Of a DNA stretch of 64,000 nt, positions 1-11,670 are shown in pieces. Every line of letters starts with the position of its first letter. The first letter of the stretch is position 1. The position numbers and the translations under genes are program-made. Origin of the DNA: Rhynchobatus australiae. Taxonomy: Eukaryota. The stretch lies in contig JAUZTB010000017.1 of NCBI GenBank assembly GCA_034780895.1, forward strand, positions 29,032,906 to 29,096,905, read 5' to 3'. The notes beneath the pieces are model-generated. The model did not search any database, was not told the DNA's origin, and saw nothing but the letters and a program-made list of their open reading frames with translations.

Positions 1-740
1 CCGATCTATAGGTCATCCTTCAGGAATTATGTAGACAGCAAGCATTAATAGAAATGAGACGCTGTCTTTGAAAAAAAACTGTACAAATCTAAACTATAAG
101 CAGCAATTGATTTTGAAATTAAATGGATAGTTTTGTAAACAAACAATGCTATCTACAGAGCCCAGGCTATTGACCCATGGCAAATCTGGTTTGCAAACTG
201 ACATTACCCTGAGACGTTCTCATATGCATCAGCCAAATGTAAGACAATGGGGGTATGTGAATTGGCCTACATCAAACCAGGCACCTTCAGTTAAGTTATT
301 TTGCATCATAGTGACCGACATCAAAGAGGTTCCAGACCAGACTTATTTTGTCACTTAGCACATCAAACATGGTCATAGGCATATTTGCTCTATTAATAAT
401 TGGGATATTTGTGTACCTGGAGAGTCAGCTCTCACAACACTAATTTTGGATGTCTGAGTTCTCTGTCCTCGGAAGTTTTTCGACCATCCATCTGAATTCC
501 TTTGCCCCAGCAAAGGTGCTTGAATATTCAAAGAAGACTTGTCAGTTATAGTGTATTCCCATTGTATATATTTAACTCCATGGAACTATTTGTCAGACTC
601 AAAATGTTGAAGTAAACAATGTCATGGTAGTTATTAGAATTGTATTGAACTACCTGCTTTTATCTTTGTTCTTAAGAGTATAAAGTCTTGATGTACTTTA
701 AGTTTGGGGGGATTCTACTCAGAGGGTCTCAAAGAGAAAG

Positions 741-775
741 TCAAGTTCAAGTTTATTGTCATTGGCATACATACT
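741..775 (-). mobile_element. Rex1/Babar-type LINE 3' tail stub
   Basis: Reverse complement reads ...tgacaataaacttgaacttga, the same tail type as the Rex1-like end at 55215-55327. Confidence 0.45.
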
Positions 776-879
776 TTTACCCCTCAGCACAGTACATTAC
801 TAACATGACAAACATAAGTTAACATAAATTATATAATTATTTCCACATTAATGATCCCTGATAACATTAGAGTTCTTCA

Positions 880-1200
880 GCCCATTACCATTCAAAGTAC
901 CCGCTCCCCTCCAATATTGGCTTCTTGATCATCCGCAAATTTAATCTTCACTCCTTGGCAGTTTTTTGTCTTCAGCTGCCAAAACCCTACATTCTGGGAT
1001 TACCTCCCTAAAACTCTCCACCATACTACAGTACCTTTCTTTCCTCTGTGAAGACACTCTTCTGTCTTTGACCAATGTTTTTGTTACAAATTAACTTTGT
1101 CATTCTCTGGCTGGGTAACAATATTTGTTTGATAACAACCACATAGCGTACCTTGGAGCATTTTGCTCTAGTAAAGGTGCCATATAAATGAAGGTTTCTT
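880..1200 (+). mobile_element. Decayed L2-like LINE 3' end
   Basis: ttcagctgcc...ctgggattacctccctaaa...ctttgaccaa...taaaggtgccatataaatg resembles an L2 3' region; a similar copy lies at 19990-20400. Confidence 0.55.
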
Positions 1201-1311
1201 GCATTCTTGGATGCTTAAGCTTTGCACTGTCTGGTAGGTCTGTATGGTAGTTACAAGTGACATTATCATCCAAAATCATTAGCTTGCATCATCTACAAAA
1301 TATGCCCGAAT

Positions 1312-1511
1312 TACATGTCTCCCCAGGTTATGACAGGGTTCAGTTGCAGTGAACTGAGTCGGAAATGTGGCTATGAACTGTGTTCCCGCATAGCAGAAGA
1401 TGCCTGCAGCCCTGCAGCAGTTGGCAAATTTACATCACCAGTCTCCTAAGTGCTCGTTCATATGTACGGCTGTACATAAGTCGGGCGTTCGTAAGCTGTG
1501 GAGGACATATA
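1312..1511. mobile_element. Tc1/mariner (Tigger/pogo-like) MITE
   Basis: Imperfect TIRs tacatgtctccccaggttatgac / ttcgtaagctgtggaggacatata with TA at both ends; subterminal gtacataagtcgggcgttcgtaag; locally CpG-rich. Confidence 0.55.
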
Positions 1512-1863
1512 TTTGTAAAATATATTATTCATTCCAACCTGCCCTTGTATCAGTTCCCCATCATATTGCTATGTTTTTGGTGCCTGGAATTCTGATGCAC
1601 CCTAGGTTTAGCTCACACTTAGCATTCTTCAGAATCATCTTTTGGTGTCTCTGGATCATTCATCTTAACAAGAAAAAAATTACCATGTGGAATAAGTTAC
1701 AATTTGACCTCTTATTTATGATATGAGAATGCAGTTATTGAAATGCAGCATGANNNNNNNNNNTATAAAACTGTGAGGTATAAAAAACTAATTTTTCTCA
1801 TTCTTGCATAATGTATATTCACCAGTTTCTGATAGTTCATTAAAAATAATGGCTTAGAAATTA

Positions 1864-2137
1864 TGCCTCAGAGCTCCAGCATCCCAGGTTTAATCTTGAC
1901 CTCCAGTGCTGTCTGTGTGGAGTTTCCTTCTATATTCCAAAAATATGCAGACTGGTAGGTTGTTGGCTACTTTATATTATCCTGAGTGTGTTGATGGAAA
2001 TATGAGGAGAATAAAATGGATGATGGTAGGATTAGTGTAAATGTGTGCTTGATAGTCAGTGTGGGCTCAGTGGGCCAAAGGGCCTGTTTCTGTGCTGTCT
2101 CTCTCTGTGACTCTACGATTCTGTGACTCTATGACTA
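1864..2137 (+). mobile_element. HE1-like V-SINE, internally deleted
   Basis: gcctcagagctccagc...ggtttaatcttgacc (B-box)...gtgctgtctgtgtggagttt; CR1-type tail gggccaaagggcctgtttctgtgctg followed by (ctatgact)-like repeats. Confidence 0.8.
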
Positions 2138-3939
2138 AATTCTTTGTTGTCTGTTGTTCTGTGGTGTACCACTACTTTATTGGTTGTAAGCCAGCTGATT
2201 TAAAAATCCATCCCAAAGGAAAATAGCAGGTAAAGCCTGGCAGTTGTGAATGAAGCTGTGGTCCAGAGGTTGGAGGGAGCTGCATGGGCCTGGTACTGGA
2301 TAGGGCCTGGATTGAGACTTGACAGGGTCATGGATTGGACCCAAGAGAGGTGTTGAAGCAACGTGGATTGGAGTTGAGACATTTTATGGATTGAGCCATG
2401 TTGGAAATTGTGGGAATCATGAGCTGAGGCTTAAAGGGATCTGTGGTGGACTCAACCTGAGTGAGGGAAATAATGGACAGGATGGGAATAGAGATCAGTG
2501 ACTGTCCAGAGGCTGTGAATTGGAGTGTTAGGAGGCAAGGGAAGGGGTGAGCTGGCAGAATCACAGATAAAAGATTAAATTAAAGGGAGCTTACTTGGTA
2601 CAGTTCCAAAGCCGGACTGGGGCCTACTCAGGGTCTTTAAATGGTGCTGTTGAAGAAATAGCAGTGCTATTAAGTGCTGTTTCTTTCAAGGTTTCTCACA
2701 GAACTATGTAACTGACAGGGAGTGCCATCACTAGGTCTGCACATGATGAGAAAAATGCATCTTCAGCTGAAGTGTGATTTACGACCAGAATTACCTGGTG
2801 AATTTCTAGTTACAGAATTCGACCCAGAAATGATTGACGCTGGAGAAAAATCAAATTATATATGTGTGACATGAAAAGAAAGCACTGCACATCTGAATGT
2901 CTGGGGCACTTTAAGCTCCTATCCTATTCAGCAGCACAGTGTCTAACGTCTCCTGTTCCAGCAACTTATCTATCTTAACAGAATATATTTTTAAAAAGTC
3001 CCATGGAATTGATAACAGCAAATGAAAGATTTTCGGAGCTGAATTGGATACTCCCTGTAATCAAGTATGGGGATCACATTGTTCGAGTAACCCAGGCTCA
3101 TTGCTACCAACACAGGCAGTGCCTCAGCTTGGTGCAGCCTGCTTATTTACATGCTTGCTATGTACAGTCANNNNNNNNNNNNNNNNNNNNNNNNNNNNNN
3201 NNNNNNNNNNNNNNNNNNNNNNNNNNNNNNNNNNNNNNNNNNNNNNNNNNNNNNNNNNNNNNNNNNNNNNNNNNNNNNNNNNNNNNNNNNNNNNNNNNNN
3301 NNNNNNNNNNNNNNNNNNNNNNNNNNNNNNNNNNNNNNNNNNNNNNNNNNNNNNNNNNNNNNNNNNNNNNNNNNNNNNNNNNNNNNNCTGCCTCATGGAC
3401 AAACCAAACACTAATTGCCAATCCCTAATTAACCCTGAACTGAATAACATGCTCAGCCATTTCAGAGGCTGTTTAAGAATTAACCATGTTGACATTGCAG
3501 AGGAGAGGGTAGGGTCTACAGATCTCCAATGTTGAAATGGGAGCTTAGGAGAAAAGAATGAGAAATAGAAGAGATCTTTTGTTTTTGCAGGGGCTCGAAG
3601 GCTTCCAGTCATACACTACAAAGTGAGCTGAAGGAGACAGCTGTGATAGCAGGGGCCTGAGTGCAATGGCACAAGAGGCTTGGAGACATCACATGTATGG
3701 TTAAGGTCAGTAGCACACCTTAATGCCAAATTCCACCAACTGCACTACCAGCTTCGCACAGTGCTCCATTCTATACACAGCTCTCACTCACCCCAAAAAA
3801 AATTGCTATCAATCAGGACTAGTATCTACATTTCATAATTTGCCCTCACACAGTTAGTATTGCTTGCTTTTCTCATTCCCACATCTCACCCAATTTGGCC
3901 ATTCAACTACAACAGGCCATTCAACCAAATAATGAGAGA

Positions 3940-4745
3940 TTGAATGCTGCAGGAGGAATCATTAGGCAAGCAATTAAGACTACTGATGGTATGTTGGCCT
4001 TCATCATGAAGGCAGGAGTAATAGCATCTTACTGACATTGCATAGGTACCTGAGTAAGATCACACATGGAATATTATACACAGGTCTGGTGTTGCTNNNN
4101 NNNNNNNNNNNNNNNNNNNNNNNNNNNNNNNNNNNNNNNNNNNNNNNNNNNNNNNNNNNNNNNNNNNNNNNNNNNNNNNNNNNNNNNNNNNNNNNNAAGA
4201 TCACACATGGAATATGATACACAGGTCTGGTGTTGCTACCTAAGGATGTGTTTTTTTGCAGCAGAGGGAGCGCAGTGAAGGTTCCCTGGAATGATTTCTG
4301 GGATAATGTGTTCTGTCTTATAAGTGGAGATGAGACCTATACTCTAAAGTTGAGAAAAGTGAGAGGCACTCCCATTGAAATTGCACCATTCTTCCAGGAC
4401 TTGACAGAGTAGATTCATGGATGATGCTTCCCTGACAGAATTCGGGATCACAGTCTCAAAATATAGGGTTGGGCACTCAGTATTGACTTGAAAAGAAATT
4501 TCCTGACCCAGGGAAGGGTGAATCTTTGAAATTCTCTACCCTGGAGGGCCATGGAGACTCAGTCATTGAGCTTATTCAAGACAGAGATTGATAGATTTAT
4601 GGATTTTAGGGGAAGCTAGGGATTTGAGGTTAAAACAGGAAAGGAGTATTGAGGTAAAAGATCAGCTACGACCTAATTGAATGGCAGAGCTGGGGAAATC
4701 AGCTGATTGACATACTCCAGCTCCTATTTTATATGTTCTTATGTC
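3940..4745 (+). mobile_element. CR1 LINE 3' fragment (spans a 100-N gap)
   Basis: Decayed ORF2 C-terminus (atgttggccttcat..., tacctaaggatgtg..., gggtgaatctttgaaattctctacc) and 3' UTR ending ctcctattttatatgttcttatgt. Confidence 0.8.
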
Positions 4746-5418
4746 CTAACTCTTAGGCAATCCCTGGGCCTAATGACTTGAATCCCTGAACCCCAAGCAT
4801 AACTCAGTGCAATTCCCTGGCCCTAATGGCTTGGACCTCTGAGATCTTGAGTTCCTAACCCCTGGACACCTTAATCTCTTAGACACTAATCCCTTATCAC
4901 CCGAACTTTGAGCCCCAATTGCTTGACCAAAAGCCTCCATCACCATCCCAGGGTCCAATCACCCAAAACCACCCCAGGCCTTGATCACAAAAACCTGTGA
5001 TCTATCAACCTAATACCTGACTGATCTCCCATCTTCACCAGCAATCGCACACCATCACCTCATCACTGACTAGTATCTGAATGCTCACATACATTTTCAT
5101 CTTCCTATCCATGACCTCTGGCCTTTCTCCCCAGCAAAACCCTGGACCCAGCCCTGGCCTCAGACTTTCCCGTTCTCACATGGCTCACATGGCACAGTGC
5201 CTGAAGGAAAGGGTTCCTCTTGAACAAGGCCAACTCAATAGCCTCCAAGTCCTTGAGACTCAGCAGCTGCTGATAAGCTAAACAGAGAACCCCAAAACAA
5301 AATAGTCATTGAGGTGCCCTGATGCAACTGATCAACTGGCTAGTGAATTTATGAGTTAATAAAACCAGAAAATAAAGGCCTAAAAAATATCTAAATATTG
5401 TAGCCACAATTCACAGCC

Positions 5419-5682
5419 AAAAGCAAAATCACGTAGATGATCAAAATCTGAAATAGCAACTGCAATTGTTGGGAATATTCAGTAGGTCAGGCAGCATGTG
5501 TGGAAGGAGAAACAGAGCTAAATTTCAGGTCAAAGACCCTTTATCAGAATCGGAAAAAGTTGGAGATAAAAGAAGTTTTAAACCACAGAGAAAAGGGGGA
5601 AAAGCGGAGAGGACAAATGAAAGTCTGTGTTAGACTAGAAATGACGAGTGATTGAATGACACAAGTGATGCCAGCTGAAAGA
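5419..5682 (-). mobile_element. Penelope-like element, terminal (pLTR) part
   Basis: aaatctgaaat...cagtaggtcaggcagcatgtgtgga...ttcaggtcaaagaccctttatcag; continues at 6366 after a CR1 insertion. Confidence 0.75.
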
Positions 5683-6365
5683 AAGTCATAGAGCTATACA
5701 GCATGGAAAACAGGCCCTTCAGCCCAGCTTGTCCATGCTGACCAATTTGCCTAACTGAGCTAGTCCCATTTGCCTGCATTTGGCTCATATCCCTCTAAAC
5801 CTATCTAAATGTCTTTTAAATCTTGTAATTGTGTCTGCCTTCACCACCTCCTCTNNNNNNNNNNNNNNNNNNNNNNNNNNNNNNNNNNNNNNNNNTCCCT
5901 TTTACATTTTTTCCCTCTCACTTTAAACCTGTGCCCTCCTGTTTCAGACTCCCCTACCCTGGAGAAAAGACCGTGGTTGTTCACCTTATCTTTGCTCCTA
6001 ATGATTTAAAAAACCTCTATAAGGTCATCCCTCAGCATCCTACACTCCAGCCCTGGCCCATCCAGCCTCTCCATATAACTCAAACCCTTTAGTCCCAGTA
6101 ATATCCTTATAAATCTTTTTTGCACCATTTCCATTTTAGTGATATCCTTTCTATAGCCGGGTGACCAGAACTGTATGCATTTCTCCAAATGTGGCCTTAC
6201 CAATGCCTTGTACAGCCGTAACATGACATTCCAACTCCTGTACTCAATATCCTGACCAATGAAGGCAAGTGTGCCAAATGCCATCTTCACCTGTGTCACC
6301 ACTTTCAAGGAACTATGTACCTACACTCAGAGGTCTCTCTGGTCTACAACACTCCCCAGGGCCCT
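5683..6365 (-). mobile_element. CR1 LINE 3' fragment nested in the Penelope element
   Basis: ORF 6006-6308 encodes AFGTLAFIGQDIEYRSWNVMLRLYKALVRPHLEKCIQFWSPGYRKDI...VQKRF, the CR1 ORF2 C-terminus; tail (rc) gaagggcctgttttccatgctgtatagctctatgact. Confidence 0.92.
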
Positions 6366-6760
6366 AAAGTGATGAAGGCTTGTGAATAACAAAAGGTTTC
6401 CCTTGGAGAGTGTAATTAGGAGGAGACAAATGAAATCGGAAAAGGGAAGAGGAGAGAGAAAACAAACTGAATGCTGGAAAATGGGAGATAAAGGGCTACA
6501 ATATTTGAAACTGTTGAATTCAGTGTTAAGAGCTGAAGGCTGTTATGTCCCTTTAGGGAGTGAGGTATTGTTCCTTAAGAGTATGTTAACCTTCATTGGA
6601 TGCCAAAGACAGAGAGTTCAGGTGGAAGTTGGATGCAGATATAAAAATCAGGGTCACCCGTGTGAACTGAAAGCCAACACCCAATTTGTATTCGGTATCT
6701 TCAATGTAAAGGAGGCAACATTTTGAGAACAGAATGCAGTACACTAAAGTGGAAGAAGTA
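6366..6760 (-). mobile_element. Penelope-like element, GIY-YIG endonuclease remnant
   Basis: Reverse strand 6759-6679 translates TSSTLVYCILFSKCCLLYIEDTEYKLG, a decayed VIYC..C..C.LLYIGET GIY-YIG signature. Confidence 0.8.
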
Positions 6761-7352
6761 AAAGTTGGATATTTTCTTCAGTTTCAATCCAACATGTTTT
6801 TTTTTCACAATTGTCAAATGATAAGTCATGAGCTTTACTTTATATATGACAGATCATTAGCCCACCCACAACTTGTTTTGAATGATTTTCTCTTTTAAGT
6901 GTGTCTTTTGGTTAACATACATTTGCCTGAAAGTCCAAAATCTGTCAGAAAAAGACATAAAATAAGTGGGTGTTGGCGTTCAACAATTCTTTTTCCCACC
7001 CTTTACTTTTCTGTGGGAACTAGAGGTAACTAGAAGTGACAGACTGTTACATTAACATTAGATTTCTGGGCAATCCAGAGCAATGAGACTGTCACTCATT
7101 CTCATACAAGTCTTAGCCGCCAGTAAATTAACTCACATCAATTTACATGCATTCATTTTAGTCAGAGAGCTTATTAATACTGGTAATTTGAATGAGGAAT
7201 GACATGCTATAATAAAGTTGTAAAAATCCTGTAAATTTCATAATGCGAGCCAAAAATAACTGTCTAAATATCATTTCTTGAAACTGAATACAACATGCAC
7301 ATAATGAAGTCTATTTGCACATATATCAAAGCAACGGCAGGAGGTCTGATAA

Positions 7353-7895
7353 AAGAATCATACGGTTGTGACAGCACAGGAGGTGGTCATTTGGCCCATC
7401 CAGCCTTTGCTGGCTCCCTGCAGGACAATTCATCCTTTCCCACTTCCCCAACACTTTCTGTATGGCTCTGTAACAATTCCTTGTTGAAAACAATGGCTGA
7501 ACCTGCTGTCACCACCTTCTCAGGGAGCCAGTTCCGGATCACATTGACTCATTATTTGAGAATATTTTCCTTGTGTCAGCCTTTGTCCGTTTGCAAGGCA
7601 CTTTAGATGTACATCCTTTGGTTCTTTACCCTTCTGGCAATCAGAACAGATTTCTTTCTTTTCACTGTCTGAACCCTCATGATTTTGAACATCTCTATAA
7701 AATCAACTCTCAACATTTGCTCTGAGGTGTGCAGTCTCATCTTCTCCAGTCTATACAATACTGAAGTTACATTCCACTAAATCTTTCCTGCCTCATCTCT
7801 TGGGGTTTCACATCCTTCCTATTGTGCACTGAACAGAATTAAATACAATACTCAAGTTGAGGACAAGTGTTTCATCAACGTTCAACATAACCTCT
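7353..7895 (-). mobile_element. CR1 LINE 3' fragment
   Basis: acagcacaggaggtggtcatttggcccatc tail; ccctcatgattttgaacatctctataaaatc; catccttcctattgtg...aatacaatactc. Confidence 0.75.
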
Positions 7896-7972
7896 AAACC
7901 TTTTCTTCAACATTTATAATCGGGCTTCATTTAAATGGAATAGAGTTGCTGACAGCACTAATTGCATTCCAA

Positions 7973-8270
7973 AATAACAGGAGTGGGCCTCTCAGACCTG
8001 TGCCTGCTCTGCCAGTTCATTAGATCTTTGCTGATTTGTGCCCCAGCTCAAAGTAACAGTTTATCCCTTCATACCCCCACACACTGATCGTAATCTTTCA
8101 ATAGGCCCAACATACATAGCCCTTTGGGGAGTGTATTTCAGATCTTCACGAGGCTTTAGAATTGAAAAATCCCCCTGAGTTTCATTTCTTAACAGCCTAG
8201 CCATAATTCTAAAATTATGTCCCCTTGTTCTGGATTCCCAACTAAAGGAAATTCTTCTGCATTGAACTTC
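7973..8270 (-). mobile_element. CR1 LINE 3' fragment
   Basis: ORF 8061-8279 contains WESRTRGHNFRI, matching the CR1 TRGH motif; CR1 3' UTR at the left end. Confidence 0.7.
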
Positions 8271-8278
8271 ACAAAACA

Positions 8279-8725
8279 CTGGTTAGACAGCACAGAGTAT
8301 TGTGTGCAGTTCTGGTTGCCACACTACAGAAAGGATGTGGCTGCGCTGGAGGGAGTTGTTTTCCCTGAAGCAAAGGAGGCTGAGGGGGTGACCTGATCAA
8401 ATTATATGAAATGGTAAGAATCTTTTTCCCATGGTAGGGTGATCAAAATCAAGAGGGCATTGGTTTAAGGTGGGAGGAAGGAGATTTAAAGGGCATTATA
8501 GGGAGAAGTTTTTTTACACAGAGAATAGCTGATATCTGGAACTTGCTGCTAAAGAAATTAGCGGAGTTAGATACAATCGCTATGTCGAAGAGACATTTAG
8601 TCAGGCGCTTAAATAGGCAAAGCATGGATAGATAGAAATACATGGCAGGCAAATGGGATTAGTGTAGAAGGTCAAAAAGGTTGCGGTGGACCAAAGGGCC
8701 CACTTCTGTGCAGTACAACTCTATG
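8279..8725 (+). mobile_element. CR1 LINE 3' fragment
   Basis: gagtattgtgtgcagttctggttgccacactacagaaaggatgtg (EYCVQFWLPHYRKDV); tail ggaccaaagggcccacttctgtgcagtacaactctatg. Confidence 0.88.
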
Positions 8726-9769
8726 CGCCTAGCAAATCTTTAATCATGTGTGAAAACAGCCAGTAAATACTTGGGGCAGGTGCATTAACAGTGAGAGAGA
8801 GGGGTGTAGCTAGCCTGCAGCATCGAAGGAAAGGGCTGAAGGAAGTTGGGAGGCAGTTCAGCAACAAAGCATGAAGGAAACTGCAAGGAAGCATTTTGGG
8901 CTTAAGAATTCCGAAGAGAAAGCTTTGACCTTGTCACTACCTGTTCCATCTCTGCCTGACTAGAATTTGTGAAGTCTTTTATCGCTTTGCAAATGCTGGC
9001 CTTTTAGTCTGTACACCCTCTGGTTAATGAGCAAGTCGAAGGCAGGAAAGTAATATCAGCACCCTAAACAACATAAGTTATTGGTTAGGGCCCTGATTGG
9101 TTCAGGCATTAAGGCTGCTCATCTAAATCAGGGCCTTCCAAAGATCAAAATGGACCCCTTCTGGGAGTAAGTGATTTTGACCTGCTACACTCTTGTTAAT
9201 GCCAAAAATAAATGGCATTATGCAGATGAAAATACTGAAAATTTCATAGTGAAATGTTATTCATTATGTGATATTATTCAAGAATAGTTTGCTCCTAAAC
9301 TGTATCTCATCAGAAGATTTATAAGCTGACTGTATCAAAGATCATTGCATCAAGAAGGAAGCCCCGGTTTAATTATTTGTGTGAATTCTAGCTTTTGATC
9401 CTGTATAATTTCCAACTGGATGCCATTNNNNNNNNNNNNNNNNNNNNNNNNNNNNNNNNNNNNNNNNNNNNNTGCATCAGAAATTGAAAGGAGCAAACAT
9501 TTACATTTCACAATTGTATAGAACATATTATTCTTTACTTTAAAATAATGCCTGAAAATTCAGAAGTGGACTGAGAAGTGGACCAGCTATGGCTGAAACA
9601 TTAGAAGATGGACCAGTAAGGGCTTCAAGAGTCACCTTGAACAGGGTGCAGTGGTTGAAGAATATGTAGGCAAGCAACATAAATATCATCTGCATAGCTT
9701 TGAGTAGATAAAGAATTGGTGCCTGTTCCTAAAAATGTGAGTTAAAACCATAGTTTATGTGGTAGTTCC

Positions 9770-9884
9770 ACTGTACTTACAGTGGAGGATCAGGAGAAGC
9801 CTCACAAATTTCACTCCCCAACTGCTGAAGTGTGGTTGAAATCCATGATGCTTATACTCAGAAGCAAGTGCTATCACTGAGTCC
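9770..9884 (-). mobile_element. tRNA-derived head of a Deu-domain (SacSINE1-like) SINE, decayed
   Basis: rc gactcagtgatagcacttgcttctgagt...ggatttcaaccacacttcag resembles the A-box/B-box head of shark DeuSINEs. Confidence 0.5.
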
Positions 9885-9890
9885 TGAAAA

Positions 9891-10530
9891 GATAAGAAAT
9901 AGGAGCAGGAGTCAGTGAATCTGATTTTGCTAAGATAGCATCTGATTTTGCCCTCAGCTTCAGTTTCTTGCCTGCTTCCTGATTGCCATACAGTTCAAGA
10001 TTTGGTCTGTTTATCTCCATATTAGATATCCAATAACTTAAAAAAATAATAACTCAGCCTCCATAGGATTCTGGCTGGGGAATTCAGAAGATTCACAACC
10101 CTCTGAAAGAACATAAGAAATAAGGAGCTGGAATAGATGACTCAGACCCTCAAACTCACCTTGGCGTCTGGTATAATCACAGGATCAAGGCCTCATTCCC
10201 TCTCCTATGCTAATTCCCCATAGCCTTCAATTCTCTGATCATTCAAAAAATTATCTACTTCCTCCTTAAATACCACCTTCACAAGTCTCTAGCCTCCTCT
10301 ACCCTCTGGGGCAGAGAATTCCAGAAGACCATCATCCTCCAAGAGAAAAAGTTTCTGCACACCTCAGTTTTAAATGACTGCCACCCCTAATCTTGTAACT
10401 ATTAGATATTCCCCTCATCTCCAATTGAAATGAGTGATCCCTTATTCTGAAGCAATGCCCCAAAGGGGGAGGCACCTTCTCAGCATCTACCCATTTAAAA
10501 CCATGAATAATCTTACATGTTTCAAGAAGA
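9891..10530 (-). mobile_element. Two CR1 3' fragments, one (about 10107-10400) nested in the other
   Basis: Two tails (ataagaaataggagcagga at 9892; agaacataagaaataaggagc at 10108); the outer element breaks after attcacaaccctctga and resumes at attcccctcatctc. Confidence 0.75.
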
Positions 10531-11169
10531 TCTTATTCTACTATTGGCAGCAAGTATATTTGCTTTCTAATCTGATAGCTGTATAAATATCCATTCAATT
10601 CGTATTGCCAATGGGGCATTTGTGAATACAAGACAAATTTAAATGCAATTTAGTGTTATAAGCAGTATACAGATGTAATATTTTTAAACATAATACTTTA
10701 TTAATTTAGAATTTAGGAGCTTATTCACATTGTGTATCTAAATTAGTTTCAGGGGACTTCAGTAATTAATGTGGTTGTGAATTGAGTATGCATTGGAGGA
10801 GAATTATACAAAGTCTAATAGAATGTGAAAACATTCTGACACTTTTTAAGCTGGAATTTTGATCACTTTTTTTCATTTGGAGATTTTATTTATAATTTCC
10901 CTAATTCTAACTTGTATTAAATTTTGGAATTTTGTTCTTAATTTAACCCTTCAAGAACTTTTCAAGGATTTTTATACCCCAAGAACAGTATTGTTTGCTC
11001 TCCTTACTTACAGCAACATCGCCATTCTACCTGATGGGTTTGGTTCATGCTCTACTCGATGTAATGCTATCTGCCTTAATTTCTGTCCTCCTCCTTTGCA
11101 ATATATTATCTGACTTTTTTTCCTTCAGTTTTTGCCATTTTCGATTTTCAGACCCCAGTTACATTGATG

Positions 11170-11460
11170 GTTCCATTGGCTGGAGTGTCTAGAACTAGNN
11201 NNNNNNNNNNNNNNNNNNNNNNNNNNNNNNNNNNNNNNNGGTAAGGAGAAATTTCTTCACTCAGAAGGCAGTGAATCTTTGGAATTCTTCATCTAAGAGG
11301 GGTGTAGTAATTTTTTGGATATTAATAGAATCAAAAGACATGGAGTCAGTACAGTAAAATGAGCTGAGGTAAAAAATCAGCTCTGATTTTGTTAAATGGT
11401 GGAGCAAACACAAAGGGGGATCAAATGGCTCACCCTGCTTCCATTTCCAATGCTGTTATG
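11170..11460 (+). mobile_element. CR1 LINE 3' end
   Basis: ggagtgtctagaactag...aatttcttcactcagaaggcagtgaatctttggaattc...gttaaatggtggagca. Confidence 0.75.
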
Positions 11461-11506
11461 AATTTGTTGCACCTTCCTAGTTTTCCAGGCACCCCATCTC
11501 TGATAC

Positions 11507-11670
11507 AAAAAACAGAATGCTGGAAGAACTCAGCAGGTCAGGCAGCATCAGTGGAGGCCAAAAGTCAGTGTTTCGGGTCAAGACCCTGCATCAGGGACTA
11601 AGGATGCTGCTTGACCCATTGGTTCTTCTAGTCTTCTGTTTTTATTCTAGATTCCAGCATCTGCAGTCTC
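11507..11670. mobile_element. Fold-back Penelope terminal fragment
   Basis: tgctggaagaactcagcaggtcaggcagcatc ... gatgctgcttgacccattggttcttctag...ttccagcatctgcag: two opposed copies of the same terminus around a hammerhead-like core. Confidence 0.8.

Noticed and set aside
4057-4236. Direct repeats flanking 100-N gaps (also about 34340-34530 and 45215-45417)
   Set aside because: The sequence before each gap is repeated right after it, with one mismatch here. This is typical of unmerged contig or haplotype overlap, not real duplication.
10990-11150. Minus-strand exon ending in gct|gtaagt
   Set aside because: There is no pyrimidine-rich acceptor and the peptide is unrecognisable.
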